Source: an uncultured delta proteobacterium
GTDB lineage: Bacteria > Desulfobacterota > Binatia > Binatales > Binataceae
Assembly (NCBI GenBank): GCA_963842085.1
Contig: CAWJET010000001.1
Span: forward strand, 1,664,001 to 1,728,000
Direction: 5' to 3'
Length of the DNA stretch: 64,000 bases
Part shown: positions 22,255 to 32,131 of the stretch, piece by piece
Layout: the number at the start of each line of letters is the position of its first letter
Numbering within the stretch: position 1 is the stretch's first letter
Position numbers and translations under genes: made by a program
Notes under the pieces: model-generated
Told to the model about the DNA's origin: nothing
What the model saw: the letters and a program-made list of their open reading frames with translations, nothing else
Databases searched by the model: none

Positions 22255-24567
22255 GTGTCAGCCGCGACGCCACCGCGCATGGGGATCGATCGCCGCCTCA
22301 CGGCGCTGGGAGCGGCGCTGCGCCGCAGATCGGCAGGCCGTCGGAACCAACTGATCCGTCTGCTCGGTGAGGAGCTCTCGCCCAACCCGCGGCGCATCCG
22401 GATAGCGGCCAGAATCGGCCTCGAATGCGCACTCGGGATGGGCCTGATGGCCGCGATGCAAATCGACAGCATCCTCGGCGCATACGTGCTCTACAACCTC
22501 GCGTCGGCGGGCGCGCCGATGCTCCGGCCGCTGACATGCGCTCTCCTTATACTGGTCGAAGGCGCCGCGCTGGCGCTGTCGCATCCGCTCGCCGGCATCC
22601 TCGTGGAAGCGCCTTGGCTGATGCTCGCCTTCTTCGCGCTCGAGACCGCGACGTATGGGTACCTGGTCAGCCGTCTCCAGCTTGGAGCGGTGTGGCTGAT
22701 GGTGCAGGTCACTTTCCTCGGCACATTTTACGTCGTGGTGTTCGCCCCCAACGACTTCGGCTGGGGGCTAGCCTACACCTTCGGCGGGGTCACGGTCGCC
22801 TTCCTTGTTATGACCGTGTTCGACACCGTGTTTTGGCCCGAGCCGGCCGAGGCCGCCCTGCTGGAATCGTTGCACGCATGTCTCGAACACACCCGCGAAC
22901 AATTGCGAAATGTAGTTGAGGCCTTTCTCGCGCCCGACGGGGCAAACACCGTCCCGCCCGTGCCGCTGATTTCCCACCTGCCTGCTCATCTGAATTTGCT
23001 CAACCGCGCCGCGTCGGAACGTTCCGACCCCCATCGCGACGCGGTCCTCCTTGCGTTCATTACAACTGTCGAGCGCCTCTACGTCGAACTCGCGCGTCTG
23101 ACCTATGTCGTCGGCGAACATACGCCGCGAGTCTTCCGCGATCTGTTCAAGCCGCAGATCGAAGACGTCGCTGACGCGCTCGATCGTTCGATGGCTCGCC
23201 TCGCAGAATACATCGTCGGTGGTATCGTCCACGGTCCGGCCTCGCCGATGGCCGAATCCGGCGCTAAAGTCGCGGCCGCATTCAAGGCGTTGGACGCCCG
23301 GCGCGACGAGCTCGCAATTTTGAATCGTCCGGAAGTGCAAGCGGCCGAGGTAAACGTAATGGGCTCGTTCATGCTCGCACTGCGAGGGCTCGCGCGCCTG
23401 CTCGAGCTGAGCCCCGACGACACGCCGACCCCGGTCAGCAAGGCGCCGCCGCAAACGGTCGCCTCGAAGCTGTTCCCGCTCGATCCCGGCGCCACAAAAT
23501 ATGCGACCAAACTCGGCGTCGCGATCGCGCTCGCCTACGTGGTCGGGCTGACGACTCAGCGCGGCGATCTCACCGTCATATTGTGGACCGTTGTCATCGC
23601 CGGATTGCCGACCTACGGCGCGACCTACCGCAAGATGTGGCTGCGGCTGATCGGCGGTGTCATTGGCGGCGCAATCGGTCTTGCGATGATCATCGTCATC
23701 ACGCCCAACTTCGAAACTGTGCTGACCTACATGATCGTGTGTTTCGCCGCTCTTGGTTTAGCGGGATACGCCGCGCAAAGCAGCGATCGGATCAACTACG
23801 CCGCGCGTCAGGCCGGGACTTCGTTCGTCCTGGTGTGGGCGGGCCTCAGTCCGAGCGAAGACGTCTATGCCCCGCTGTGGCGCGTCTGGGGGATGCTGCT
23901 CGGAATCGCAATCGTATCTCTGGTCTTCCTGATTCTATGGCCCGAGTACGCGGCCGACTCGCAGTTGCCGCGGATCAAGAAACTCCTGCGTACATGCCTC
24001 GACCTGATGCCCGGTGGCGCCGCGTCTTCATCCGATGGACAGATTCAATCGGCGGAGCGCGAGGTAATGAAGACGGCGAACGAATTGTTGACCATCGCCG
24101 ACGACGCCCGCCTCGAGGGTCGCGCGTCGGCGATCGATCCGGACCGCGTCGTCGATGCGGCCGGGACGCTCCGGCGAATCGCGTATCGCGCTGGCAGTAT
24201 CTCGGAGGCTCGCTTGCAGACGCCGATGCCGCCGCTCGCGCCCGAAACGCAGGCCGCACGCGACGCGTTCGAGGCCGAAATGCGCGCGCGTCTACAGTCG
24301 TGGCTCGATTACATCGAGACGCACCGTCCGCCGACCAGCCGCAGCACCCTCGCATGGGCTGCGCAACACGATCAGGCGAGGCTGGGCGACTTGCTCACGC
24401 GATACACCGACAGAATTTCGGCGGCGGCGTACGCCGAGGTAGCGCGCTGGCCGGCCGACGCCCGAATCGTGCTGTTAGCAGAGCTCGAGTCCTTCCACCG
24501 CTTTGTCGTGCTCGCAGGCGAACTCGACGACAACCTCGCGCGCGTCCCGGTACCGCGCAAATACTAG
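22255..24567 (+). CDS. FUSC/MdtO-like inner membrane efflux protein
   Basis: Two multi-TM blocks each ending in WP (FWPEPA, LWPEYA); operon context. Confidence 0.85.
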   Translation: MSAATPPRMGIDRRLTALGAALRRRSAGRRNQLIRLLGEELSPNPRRIRIAARIGLECALGMGLMAAMQIDSILGAYVLYNLASAGAPMLRPLTCALLILVEGAALALSHPLAGILVEAPWLMLAFFALETATYGYLVSRLQLGAVWLMVQVTFLGTFYVVVFAPNDFGWGLAYTFGGVTVAFLVMTVFDTVFWPEPAEAALLESLHACLEHTREQLRNVVEAFLAPDGANTVPPVPLISHLPAHLNLLNRAASERSDPHRDAVLLAFITTVERLYVELARLTYVVGEHTPRVFRDLFKPQIEDVADALDRSMARLAEYIVGGIVHGPASPMAESGAKVAAAFKALDARRDELAILNRPEVQAAEVNVMGSFMLALRGLARLLELSPDDTPTPVSKAPPQTVASKLFPLDPGATKYATKLGVAIALAYVVGLTTQRGDLTVILWTVVIAGLPTYGATYRKMWLRLIGGVIGGAIGLAMIIVITPNFETVLTYMIVCFAALGLAGYAAQSSDRINYAARQAGTSFVLVWAGLSPSEDVYAPLWRVWGMLLGIAIVSLVFLILWPEYAADSQLPRIKKLLRTCLDLMPGGAASSSDGQIQSAEREVMKTANELLTIADDARLEGRASAIDPDRVVDAAGTLRRIAYRAGSISEARLQTPMPPLAPETQAARDAFEAEMRARLQSWLDYIETHRPPTSRSTLAWAAQHDQARLGDLLTRYTDRISAAAYAEVARWPADARIVLLAELESFHRFVVLAGELDDNLARVPVPRKY

Positions 24568-24601
24568 TCCTCCTCCGCGCCGGCCCGATTCGTCTCAAGA
24601 T

Positions 24602-24622
24602 GGGGTGCAGGGGTCACCCTGC
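24602..24622. repeat. Family A repeat, single hairpin
   Basis: GGGGTGCAGGGGTCACCCTGC. Confidence 0.6.
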
Positions 24623-24665
24623 TTCCGTTTGACCGCGTCGGCAGAGTCGGCCTTTAATGCCGGTC

Positions 24666-26075
24666 ATGGCTGGAATTGTTTCTTACGGTTCATACGTTCC
24701 CTACCGGCGACTCAAGCGCTCTGCGATAGCCGCAGTCCTCGGCACGCCCGCCGGCAAGGGTGAGCGCGCAATCGCGAGCTTCGATGAAGACAGCGTGTCG
24801 ATGGCGGTCGAGGCGGCGCGCGACGCGCTGAAAGCCGCGCCGCCCGGCGATGTGCAGGCGCTCATCTTCGCGACTACGACGCCGCCATACGCGGAGAAGC
24901 TGAGCGCCGCCGTTATAGGGGCAGCAACCCAGCTCCGCGCGGAGATTCGTGCGTCGGATATGACCGGCTCGGTCCGCGCCGGCATGTCGGCCCTCCTGCA
25001 AGGCGCCGACGCGGTCAGCGGCGGCGCGAAGCGCGCGCTCGTCGCGATCGGCGATTGCCGCCTCGCAGCGCCCGAGGGCAAGGCCGAGCAGACCACCGGC
25101 GACGGCGCGGTCGCCTTCGTGCTCGGCTCGGAGGGCGTGATCGCCGAAATCGAGGCGAGCGCCTCGCTCACGCGCGAATTGCTCGACAGCTGGCGCGCGC
25201 AGGGCGAGCGTTTTTCGCATTCGTGGGAAGAGCGCTTCACGCTGACGCAGGCGCATTCGCCGCTGCTCGGCACCGTTATCAAGAACGTGCTCGCGAAGGC
25301 GAAAGTGGCGCCGGGCGATCTGTCGAAGGTGATCCTCGACGCGCCCAACGTCCGCGCGGCCGACGAAATCGCGCGCGCGCTCAAGATCGATCCCGCCAAA
25401 TTCTCAGATTCGTTTGCGTTGACCGTGGGACAAACCGGCGCCGCGCATGCGGGCCTGATGCTCTCCGCCGCGCTGCCAGCCGCCAAGCCGGGAGACCGGA
25501 TTCTAGTGGCGACGGTCGCCGACGGCGCCGATGCGATTTTGTTCCGCGTCACTCCGGCCAGCGCCGGCTTCAAGCCGGTGCATTCTGTCGGCCGCATGAT
25601 CGAGTCCAAAGGCGACGTGTCCTACGCCAACTATCTCAAGTGGCGCGAGATTCTACCGACCGAGCCGCCGCGCCGTCCGGATCCCGACCGGCCCGCGGGA
25701 CCGCCGATGATGCGCTCGGAGAAGTGGAAGTTCGGCTTCGTCGGCTCGCGATGCACCAATTGCGGGACGCCGCAGCTCCCGCCACAACTGGTCTGCGTGA
25801 AATGTCATAAGCGCGGCTTCATGGAGCCGTATCAGTTCGCCGACCGCACCGCTAAAATCGCGACCTACGCAATCGATCGTCTCGCCTATTCTCTCAATCC
25901 GCCGACTGTTAACGTCGTATTGGATTTCGACGGCGGCGGCCGCTTCCTTGCCGAGATGACTGACTGCGAGCCCGACAAGGTCGCGATTGGCGACGAAGTC
26001 GAAATGACGTTTCGCCGGCTCTTTACCGCCGGCGGCGTTAACAACTATTTTTGGAAAGCACGCCCGAGGCGTTAA
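24666..26075 (+). CDS. HMG-CoA synthase/FabH-like domain fused to DUF35 zinc-ribbon/OB-fold domain
   Basis: GIVSYGSYVPYRRL, DEDSVSMAVEAA, GDGAVA; C-terminal CTNC...CVKC and IGDEVEMTFRR...YFWKARP. Confidence 0.9.
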   Translation: MAGIVSYGSYVPYRRLKRSAIAAVLGTPAGKGERAIASFDEDSVSMAVEAARDALKAAPPGDVQALIFATTTPPYAEKLSAAVIGAATQLRAEIRASDMTGSVRAGMSALLQGADAVSGGAKRALVAIGDCRLAAPEGKAEQTTGDGAVAFVLGSEGVIAEIEASASLTRELLDSWRAQGERFSHSWEERFTLTQAHSPLLGTVIKNVLAKAKVAPGDLSKVILDAPNVRAADEIARALKIDPAKFSDSFALTVGQTGAAHAGLMLSAALPAAKPGDRILVATVADGADAILFRVTPASAGFKPVHSVGRMIESKGDVSYANYLKWREILPTEPPRRPDPDRPAGPPMMRSEKWKFGFVGSRCTNCGTPQLPPQLVCVKCHKRGFMEPYQFADRTAKIATYAIDRLAYSLNPPTVNVVLDFDGGGRFLAEMTDCEPDKVAIGDEVEMTFRRLFTAGGVNNYFWKARPRR

Positions 26076-26091
26076 GGCCGAGGAGAAAATT

Positions 26092-27276
26092 ATGGCAAGC
26101 AGAGGAATCAAGGACCGCGTCGCGATCATCGGGATGGGATGCACCAAGTTCGGCGAGCATTGGGACAAGGGGCCGGACGACCTGCTGGTCGATGCCGCGT
26201 ACCAGGCCTACGAATCGGCCGGCATGGAGCCGAATGATGTCGACGCGTACTGGCTCGGCACGATGGGCTCGGGCGTTTCGGGCTTGACCCTCAGCGAACC
26301 GCTTAAGATTCAGTACAAGCCGGTGACCCGCGTCGAGAACATGTGCGCGACGGGCTCCGAGGCGCTGCGGCAGGCATGCTACGCGGTCGCGTCGGGCGCG
26401 TTCGATGTCGCGATGGCGATAGGAGTCGAGAAGCTCAAGGACTCGGGCTACTCGGGATTGGTCGGCAATGCGCCGCCCAACGACGGCACCGAGGGCAGCA
26501 TGACGGCGCCCGCCTCGTTCTCGCTGCTGGCGCCCGCCTACTTCAAGAAATACGGACTCGACCCCGACAAGGGCAAGGACGTGCTCACGCGTATCGCGTG
26601 GAAAAATCACCGCAACGGCGCCAAGAATCCCAAGGCGCAATTCCAGAAAGAAGTGTCGCTCGAGACCATCAAGAACTCGCCCAAGATTGCGGACCCGCTC
26701 GGAATCATGGATTGCTCGGGTGTGTCGGACGGCTCGGCGGCGGCGATCGTCGTTCGCGCCGAGGACGCGCACAAGTACTGCAAGAATCCCATCTACATAA
26801 AGGCGCTCTCGTTCATCGCAGGGCCGGCGGAAGGGCCGCTGTCGCAGGACTACGATTTCACGACCTTCCGCGAAGTCGTCGCCACCGCCAAGGACGCGTA
26901 CGCGCAGGCGGGCATCACGAATCCGCGCGAGCAGATCAGCATGGCCGAGGTTCACGACTGCTTCACGCCCACCGAGCTGGTGCTCTACGAGGACCTCGGC
27001 TTCAGTCCGCGCGGGACCGCATGGCAGGACGTGATGGACGGGTTCTTCGACCTCGAAGGCAAGCTGCCGGTGAATCCGGACGGCGGTCTCAAGTCGTTCG
27101 GGCATCCGATCGGCGCGTCGGGCCTGCGCATGATGTACGAGATGTGGCTGCAGATGCGCGGCGAGGCGGGACCGCGTCAGATCAAGAATCCGAAAGTAGG
27201 ACTGACGCACAACCTCGGCGGCGCACCCGGCCGATGCGTCAGCTTCGTCTCGGTAGTCGGCAGCCAGGTCGGCTAG
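26092..27276 (+). CDS. SCP-x/archaeal-type thiolase (acetyl-CoA acetyltransferase family)
   Basis: ENMCATGS, SDGSAA, EVHDCF, GHPIGASG, THNLGG. Confidence 0.93.
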   Translation: MASRGIKDRVAIIGMGCTKFGEHWDKGPDDLLVDAAYQAYESAGMEPNDVDAYWLGTMGSGVSGLTLSEPLKIQYKPVTRVENMCATGSEALRQACYAVASGAFDVAMAIGVEKLKDSGYSGLVGNAPPNDGTEGSMTAPASFSLLAPAYFKKYGLDPDKGKDVLTRIAWKNHRNGAKNPKAQFQKEVSLETIKNSPKIADPLGIMDCSGVSDGSAAAIVVRAEDAHKYCKNPIYIKALSFIAGPAEGPLSQDYDFTTFREVVATAKDAYAQAGITNPREQISMAEVHDCFTPTELVLYEDLGFSPRGTAWQDVMDGFFDLEGKLPVNPDGGLKSFGHPIGASGLRMMYEMWLQMRGEAGPRQIKNPKVGLTHNLGGAPGRCVSFVSVVGSQVG

Positions 27277-27283
27277 CGCCGTT

Positions 27284-27314
27284 TGTCATTCAGAGCCGCT
27301 GCGGCGAAGAATCC
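27284..27314. repeat. REP-like element, family C
   Basis: TGTCATTCAGAGCCGCTGCGGCGAAGAATCC. Confidence 0.55.
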
Positions 27315-27338
27315 CGACTTCTTTTTTGAAGCACGCGC

Positions 27339-27371
27339 ACGGCCGGCATTGTAAGGTGCCGGCCGTTTTTC
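27339..27371 (+). terminator. Intrinsic terminator after the thiolase
   Basis: ACGGCCGGCAT...GTGCCGGCCGT followed by TTTT. Confidence 0.7.
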
Positions 27372-27384
27372 ATTTCACAACTCG

Positions 27385-27666
27385 ATGCTCGACATCGCCC
27401 CACTACTGAAACGGATGGCCGCTGCGATCGTGGTGCTAGTAGTCGTCCTATACTTCGGCGACTATGTCGTCGTGAGGTTGAGAAACGATCCAACGGGATC
27501 CGTACAGATCAACAAGTTCTACGCAGTGCCTCAGAAGGACGGCAAGACCTCGTTCGAACCGGGCGAGCCGGAAACGCAGACCTGCGTCAATTCGATGTTC
27601 CCGCATATGGGTTACAATCCATGCTGGTACGTCAAGCGTCACAGGAATCAGCAGATAAATCTCTGA
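27385..27666 (+). CDS. Small membrane-anchored hypothetical protein
   Basis: N-terminal TM helix; CVNSMFPHMGYNPCWY. Confidence 0.7.
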   Translation: MLDIAPLLKRMAAAIVVLVVVLYFGDYVVVRLRNDPTGSVQINKFYAVPQKDGKTSFEPGEPETQTCVNSMFPHMGYNPCWYVKRHRNQQINL

Positions 27667-27715
27667 GGTAATGAAGGCGGCTGTTCGCGCAAGTTCAAGC
27701 AGCTATCGACAGCCG

Positions 27716-28303
27716 CTACCGTGTGACTCCTTGCGAGCCGGTGGAACCGGCGTCCGCATGATGGTGGATCAGCTTCCATTTGCCGTCTTCGAGCCGGAAG
27801 ACATTGGTCGCGCGCTGATTGAACTTGACCATCGGACCATCGGCCGAACGTAATTGGCCGGTTTCGGTGCAGACCGAAAAACCCATCTCCCCGTCCGCGA
27901 CGATCAGGATGTCCTGCGGGGCGATCCGGCCACCTGGGTAGAGCCGGACCATGGTTTGAAAGTCTGCGTGAACTTCGTTCCATCCTGTTGCGCGGCCGCC
28001 GCCCGCGTCCAAGTTTGAGACGTCCGGGCGATGGGACCATACGGCGCTCAGCGGGCCGAGGTCGCCGTGCAGCGCGCTGTTGAACGCGTCGTAGAAAAGC
28101 ATCGTCGCGCTGCGGATCTCACCCGCAGCAGCCGCCGAAGCTCCGGGAGCCTGCGACTGTGCGCATGCAATCCGCGCGAGTGGCGGCGCGAGGCCAAGCA
28201 AGGCGATTACGGCAATCACCGAACCTAAATTTCGCCAACACCGTGATAGTTCCACTGCTGCCTCCGGGGCGTTCGCGCCGCGGTCGAATCTGCCGCGGGT
28301 CAC
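27716..28303 (-). CDS. Secreted SnoaL/NTF2-like protein
   Basis: AAGGAG RBS before GTG; FYDAFN, RATNVFRLEDGKWKLIHHH. Confidence 0.8.
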   Translation of the reverse strand: MTRGRFDRGANAPEAAVELSRCWRNLGSVIAVIALLGLAPPLARIACAQSQAPGASAAAAGEIRSATMLFYDAFNSALHGDLGPLSAVWSHRPDVSNLDAGGGRATGWNEVHADFQTMVRLYPGGRIAPQDILIVADGEMGFSVCTETGQLRSADGPMVKFNQRATNVFRLEDGKWKLIHHHADAGSTGSQGVTR

Positions 28304-28395
28304 TCCTTTGCCATTCGAACGGTAGCATACGGTGAGTGCCGGGCGGGCGTCATCAGATTTGAACCACGAGGTAAACCTGGACGTATTGCGCAGTT

Positions 28396-29556
28396 CTACT
28401 TGCGGGTCTCGAGGCCGAGGCGGCGGGCTATTATCACCTTCATGATTTCGTTGGTGCCTGCGTAGATTGATTGGACTGCGGCGTCTGCATAGTCGGTTGA
28501 TACCGGGTATTCCGTCATGAAGCCGTAGCCGCCGTGTAGTTGCAGGCATTGGCTCGTCAGGCGCTTCTGTAAGTCTGTGGTCCACCATTTTGCCATGCTC
28601 ACTTCGGCTACGATCTCGTCGCCGCGGACGTGCGCGACCAAGAGCTTGTCGACGAAGGCCTGCCCGACTTCCACTTCGGTCGTCATTTCGGCGAGCTTGA
28701 ACTGGGTGTTTTGAAATTCCGCGATCGGCTGGCCGAACGCGCGCCGATTCTTGCAGTAGGCGATGGTGTCCTCGAGCGTGCGCCGGCAGCTCGCTATCGA
28801 GGCGACTCCGATGCACAGGCGCTCCTGCTGGAGTTTCTCCATCAGCATCTTGAAGCCCGCCCCTTCCGTCCCGAGCAGGTTGCCCGCCGGGACGCGGCAG
28901 TCCTCGAAGAACAACTCGCTGGTGTCCTGGCCGCGCAGCCCGAGCTTGTCGAGCTTGCGCCCGCGGACGAAGCCGGGAGCGGTCGCGTCGACGAGCATCA
29001 GGCTGACGCCCTTGTGCGGAGGGTTGGCCTTGGGGTCGGTCTTGCAGACGACGATTACGAGATCGGCGATCTGCCCGTTGGAGATGAAAATCTTCGAGCC
29101 GTTGATCACGTAATGGTCGCCGTCGCGGCGCGCGGTGGTCTGCACGGCGGCGAGATCGGAGCCGGTGCCCGGCTCGGTCATCGCGATCGCGAGGATTGTC
29201 TCGCCGCCGATCGCGCCGGGGATGTAGCGGCGCTTCTGCTCCGCGTTGCCGAAGCTCGTGATGTAGGGCATGCAGATGTCCGAATGCAGCGACATCATGA
29301 GGCCGTGCGCGCGCACGCGTGCGAGCTCTTCCATCACGATGGCGTCGTAGATGAAATCCACGCCGCCGCCGCCGTATTCGGCCGGCGCGTTGGCGCCGAG
29401 GAAGCCGGCCGTGCCCATTTTGCGCCAGCTCGCGCGATCGCTCATCCCGGAGCGGTTCCATTCGGCGACCTTGGGCTCGATCTCGGTATCGACGAAGCGG
29501 CGCACCTGCGCGCGGAACATCTCATGCTCGGGGGTGAAGATATCTCGTCGCATCAT
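28396..29556 (-). CDS. Acyl-CoA dehydrogenase (long-chain type)
   Basis: IAMTEPGTGSDL, NGSKIFISN, QLHGGYG, IYAGTNEIMK. Confidence 0.96.
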   Translation of the reverse strand: MMRRDIFTPEHEMFRAQVRRFVDTEIEPKVAEWNRSGMSDRASWRKMGTAGFLGANAPAEYGGGGVDFIYDAIVMEELARVRAHGLMMSLHSDICMPYITSFGNAEQKRRYIPGAIGGETILAIAMTEPGTGSDLAAVQTTARRDGDHYVINGSKIFISNGQIADLVIVVCKTDPKANPPHKGVSLMLVDATAPGFVRGRKLDKLGLRGQDTSELFFEDCRVPAGNLLGTEGAGFKMLMEKLQQERLCIGVASIASCRRTLEDTIAYCKNRRAFGQPIAEFQNTQFKLAEMTTEVEVGQAFVDKLLVAHVRGDEIVAEVSMAKWWTTDLQKRLTSQCLQLHGGYGFMTEYPVSTDYADAAVQSIYAGTNEIMKVIIARRLGLETRK

Positions 29557-29661
29557 GCTGGCATCTTCGTGTTGCCGCGCAGTCTGATCAAGCCCGGCAG
29601 CCTGGCTTTGCAATCTTACTAAACGATTGGTATGTGAATGAGAATCACGGAGGATCCTCGA

Positions 29662-30744
29662 ATGAAAGTTGGTGGCGCTGTTATTTTTCAGAATCCGCTC
29701 AATGCCCGTTCGGACCGCGACGTTTATCTCGAAGACCTGCGAATCGGGGACCTCTACGAGCCGCTTGGATTCGACTCGATCTGGAGCGTCGAGCATCACT
29801 TTGACGACTACACGATGTGCCCCGACGTGCTCCAGTTCCTGACCTACTACGCGGGGCGGACGAAGACGATACAGCTTGGCTCGATGGTGGTCGTGATGCC
29901 CTGGCATGACCCGATGCGGGTGGCGGAGCAGGTGTCGGTGGTCGATCACATGTCGAACGGGCGCATGATTCTGGGTCTGGGGCGCGGGCTTGCGCGGATC
30001 GAGTTCGAGGGCTTCCGCGTTCCGCTCGGTGAATCGCGTGAGCGCTTCATCGAATCGGCCGAGATGCTGCTCGAGGGACTCGAGAAGGGCTACTGCGAAT
30101 ACGACGGCAAGTACATCAAGCAGCCGCGCCGCGACATCAGGCCCAAGCCGTTCAAGTCGTTCAAGGGACGCACTTACGCGGCCGCGGTCTCGCCCGAGTC
30201 GGCGCGGATCATGGCGAAGCTCGGCATCGGCATCCTGATTATCCCGCAGAAGCCGTGGGAGGCGGTCGCGCAGGAACTCGGCGAGTATCGCACCATCTAC
30301 AGGCAGGTGAACGGCGGAGAGCCGCTACCGACGATCGCGGCGGGCTGGACGTTCTGCGACAAGAGCGCCGATCGCGCGCGCGAGATGGCGGTCAAGTATA
30401 TCGGCGGCTACTGGAACACCGCGCTGCGGCATTACGAGATGGCGAGCGAACATTTCGGCAAGGCCAAGGGCTACGAATATTACGAGATGATGGCGAAGAA
30501 CCTGAAGGGCAACACCGATGCGTCGATCGAGTACTTCCTGAGCCTGCAGGTGTGGGGCACGCCCGAGATGTGCGTCAGCAAGATCGACGAGATTCGCCAG
30601 AAGGTCGGCGCCGACCATTTCACCGGCGTGTTCAGCTATGCGGGGATGCCGATCGAGGACGCGGAGAAGAGCCTGCGGCTGTTCGCCGCCGAGGTGATGC
30701 CCGAGGTGAAAAAACTCAACGGGGTGAAGGCCGAGGCGGCATAG
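29662..30744 (+). CDS. Luciferase-like (LLM) flavin-dependent oxidoreductase
   Basis: GFDSIWSVEHHF, DHMSNGRMILGLGRG, RLFAAEVMP; GGAGG RBS. Confidence 0.93.
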   Translation: MKVGGAVIFQNPLNARSDRDVYLEDLRIGDLYEPLGFDSIWSVEHHFDDYTMCPDVLQFLTYYAGRTKTIQLGSMVVVMPWHDPMRVAEQVSVVDHMSNGRMILGLGRGLARIEFEGFRVPLGESRERFIESAEMLLEGLEKGYCEYDGKYIKQPRRDIRPKPFKSFKGRTYAAAVSPESARIMAKLGIGILIIPQKPWEAVAQELGEYRTIYRQVNGGEPLPTIAAGWTFCDKSADRAREMAVKYIGGYWNTALRHYEMASEHFGKAKGYEYYEMMAKNLKGNTDASIEYFLSLQVWGTPEMCVSKIDEIRQKVGADHFTGVFSYAGMPIEDAEKSLRLFAAEVMPEVKKLNGVKAEAA

Positions 30745-30768
30745 ACGCTTCCAGACAATCGAGTTTCG

Positions 30769-30800
30769 AGGGCAGTCGGCAGACCGGCTGCCCTTTCGAT
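30769..30800 (+). terminator. Intrinsic terminator
   Basis: AGGGCAGTCGG-CAGA-CCGGCTGCCCT followed by a T-rich tail. Confidence 0.65.
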
Positions 30801-30850
30801 TTTGTGCTCGCGAGAGGAACCTAACCCCTAACCCCCTTCGACTTCGCTCA

Positions 30851-31073
30851 GAGTTTGTGAGCGAATTGAACAATGGCAGAAGCGGAGTCGCGCGCAGCGC
30901 TCGAACCAGAAGACCGGAACCGGCTTCGCGTGGCGCGAAGCTGTCCGAGGTCCCTCCTCCCGGCGCTAACGCTCCCGTCGTCGGGATGACAGACGGTGGC
31001 GCGTCGCTCGCTTGGTAAGAGCCATGACTTGGAGCAGGGCGCTCCGATAACCAACCAATTTCCTCACAAACTC
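30851..31073. mobile_element. 223-bp MITE nested inside REP-like repeats
   Basis: 18-bp TIRs GAGTTTGTGAGCGAATTG / CAATTTCCTCACAAACTC (16/18 match), flanked by a 3-bp TCA direct repeat (30848-30850 and 31074-31076). Confidence 0.8.
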
Positions 31074-31158
31074 TCAGGACAGGCTCTTACCTAGCGGGAA
31101 GGGTAACAAGAATGCGAGGATTCCCGCGCGGGTAGGAGAACCAGAACTAATACTCCAT

Positions 31159-31947
31159 TCACTTACCGATGAACTTGCCGGAGCGGCGTTCGCTGACCGC
31201 CTTGACGCCTTCGCGATGATCCTGGGTGCGGAACAGCCGCGACTGCTCCTTGAACTCATGATCGGTCTGCGCCTTGACGGCGTCGGCGAGGCCCTGGCGC
31301 ATCGTCGCTCGCGTCGATAACAGCGCCAGCGGCGCGCCTTCGCCGATTTCCGCCGCCAGCGCGAGCGCGGAATCGCGGAGATCATCCGGCTTCGCGATTG
31401 AATCGCACAGTCCCCACGCGAGCGCCTCTTCGCCGGTCACGCGGCGTCCCGTGTAGAACATCAGGCTGGCCTTTTGCGCGCCGATCAAACGCGGGAGCGT
31501 GTAGGTGAGGCCGAAGCCCGGGTGGATGCCGAGCTTGACGAAGTTCGCGGCGAAGCGAGCATCGGCGGTCGCCACGCGGAAGTCCGCGACCAGCGCGAGT
31601 CCCAGGCCTCCGCCAATCGCAGCACCCTGAATCGCGGCGACGACCGGCTTGCGGCATCGGAACAGCCGCACGCCCTCGACGTAGAGCGGATTTTCGCCAG
31701 CGCGGGCTGTAGTTTCGCCGCTTTGCGCATCGCGATTGGCAAAGTTAAAGCCGGCGCAGAACGACTTGCCCTCGGAACAGAGCATGAGGGCACGGCAGTC
31801 GGACTCGCCGTCGAGCGCCTCGAACACATTGGCGAGATCGCGAATCAGATTGAAGTCGAAGAAATTGTGCGGCGGCCGATGAATCTCGAGTTGGGCTACA
31901 TTGCCATCGAGCATCACGGACACGTCGCCATATTTTGGTTCCAACAT
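31159..31947 (-). CDS. Enoyl-CoA hydratase/isomerase family protein
   Basis: SFCAG, GAAIGGGLGLALVADFR, GIHPGFG, DHREGVKA. Confidence 0.94.
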   Translation of the reverse strand: MLEPKYGDVSVMLDGNVAQLEIHRPPHNFFDFNLIRDLANVFEALDGESDCRALMLCSEGKSFCAGFNFANRDAQSGETTARAGENPLYVEGVRLFRCRKPVVAAIQGAAIGGGLGLALVADFRVATADARFAANFVKLGIHPGFGLTYTLPRLIGAQKASLMFYTGRRVTGEEALAWGLCDSIAKPDDLRDSALALAAEIGEGAPLALLSTRATMRQGLADAVKAQTDHEFKEQSRLFRTQDHREGVKAVSERRSGKFIGK

Positions 31948-31970
31948 TAGAAGCTCCTTATCCGGCTATA

Positions 31971-32131
31971 GCCTGAACGCGCGCAAGCTGCTACAAAGTT
32001 ATAGTTCGAACGTCAGGGGAAGGCACGCTCAGTATGAATCCAAACGCCGAAAGGAACCGGGAGAGAATCCCGTGGGAGTGTGTCTGCGACGTTTGAGTAA
32101 TCACTGAATCAATACTTGGAACGCGTCAGGC
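31971..32131 (+). ncRNA. Candidate structured ncRNA with 6S-like rod and central bubble
   Basis: Nested stems 31971-81/32122-31, 31984-87/32115-18, 32005-14/32088-97 and 32021-30/32076-85. G-U pairs favour the + strand; followed by a terminator. Confidence 0.4.

Noticed and set aside
32045-32060. CCGAAAGGAAC resembles the SRP RNA tetraloop
   Set aside because: The conserved CAGG/AGCA symmetric loop of SRP helix 8 is absent.
32112-32126. TGGAACGCG similar to a T-box or glnA riboswitch end
   Set aside because: Lacks the UGGNACC bulge, Stem I features and the glnA E-loop motifs; the downstream gene is not amino-acid related.
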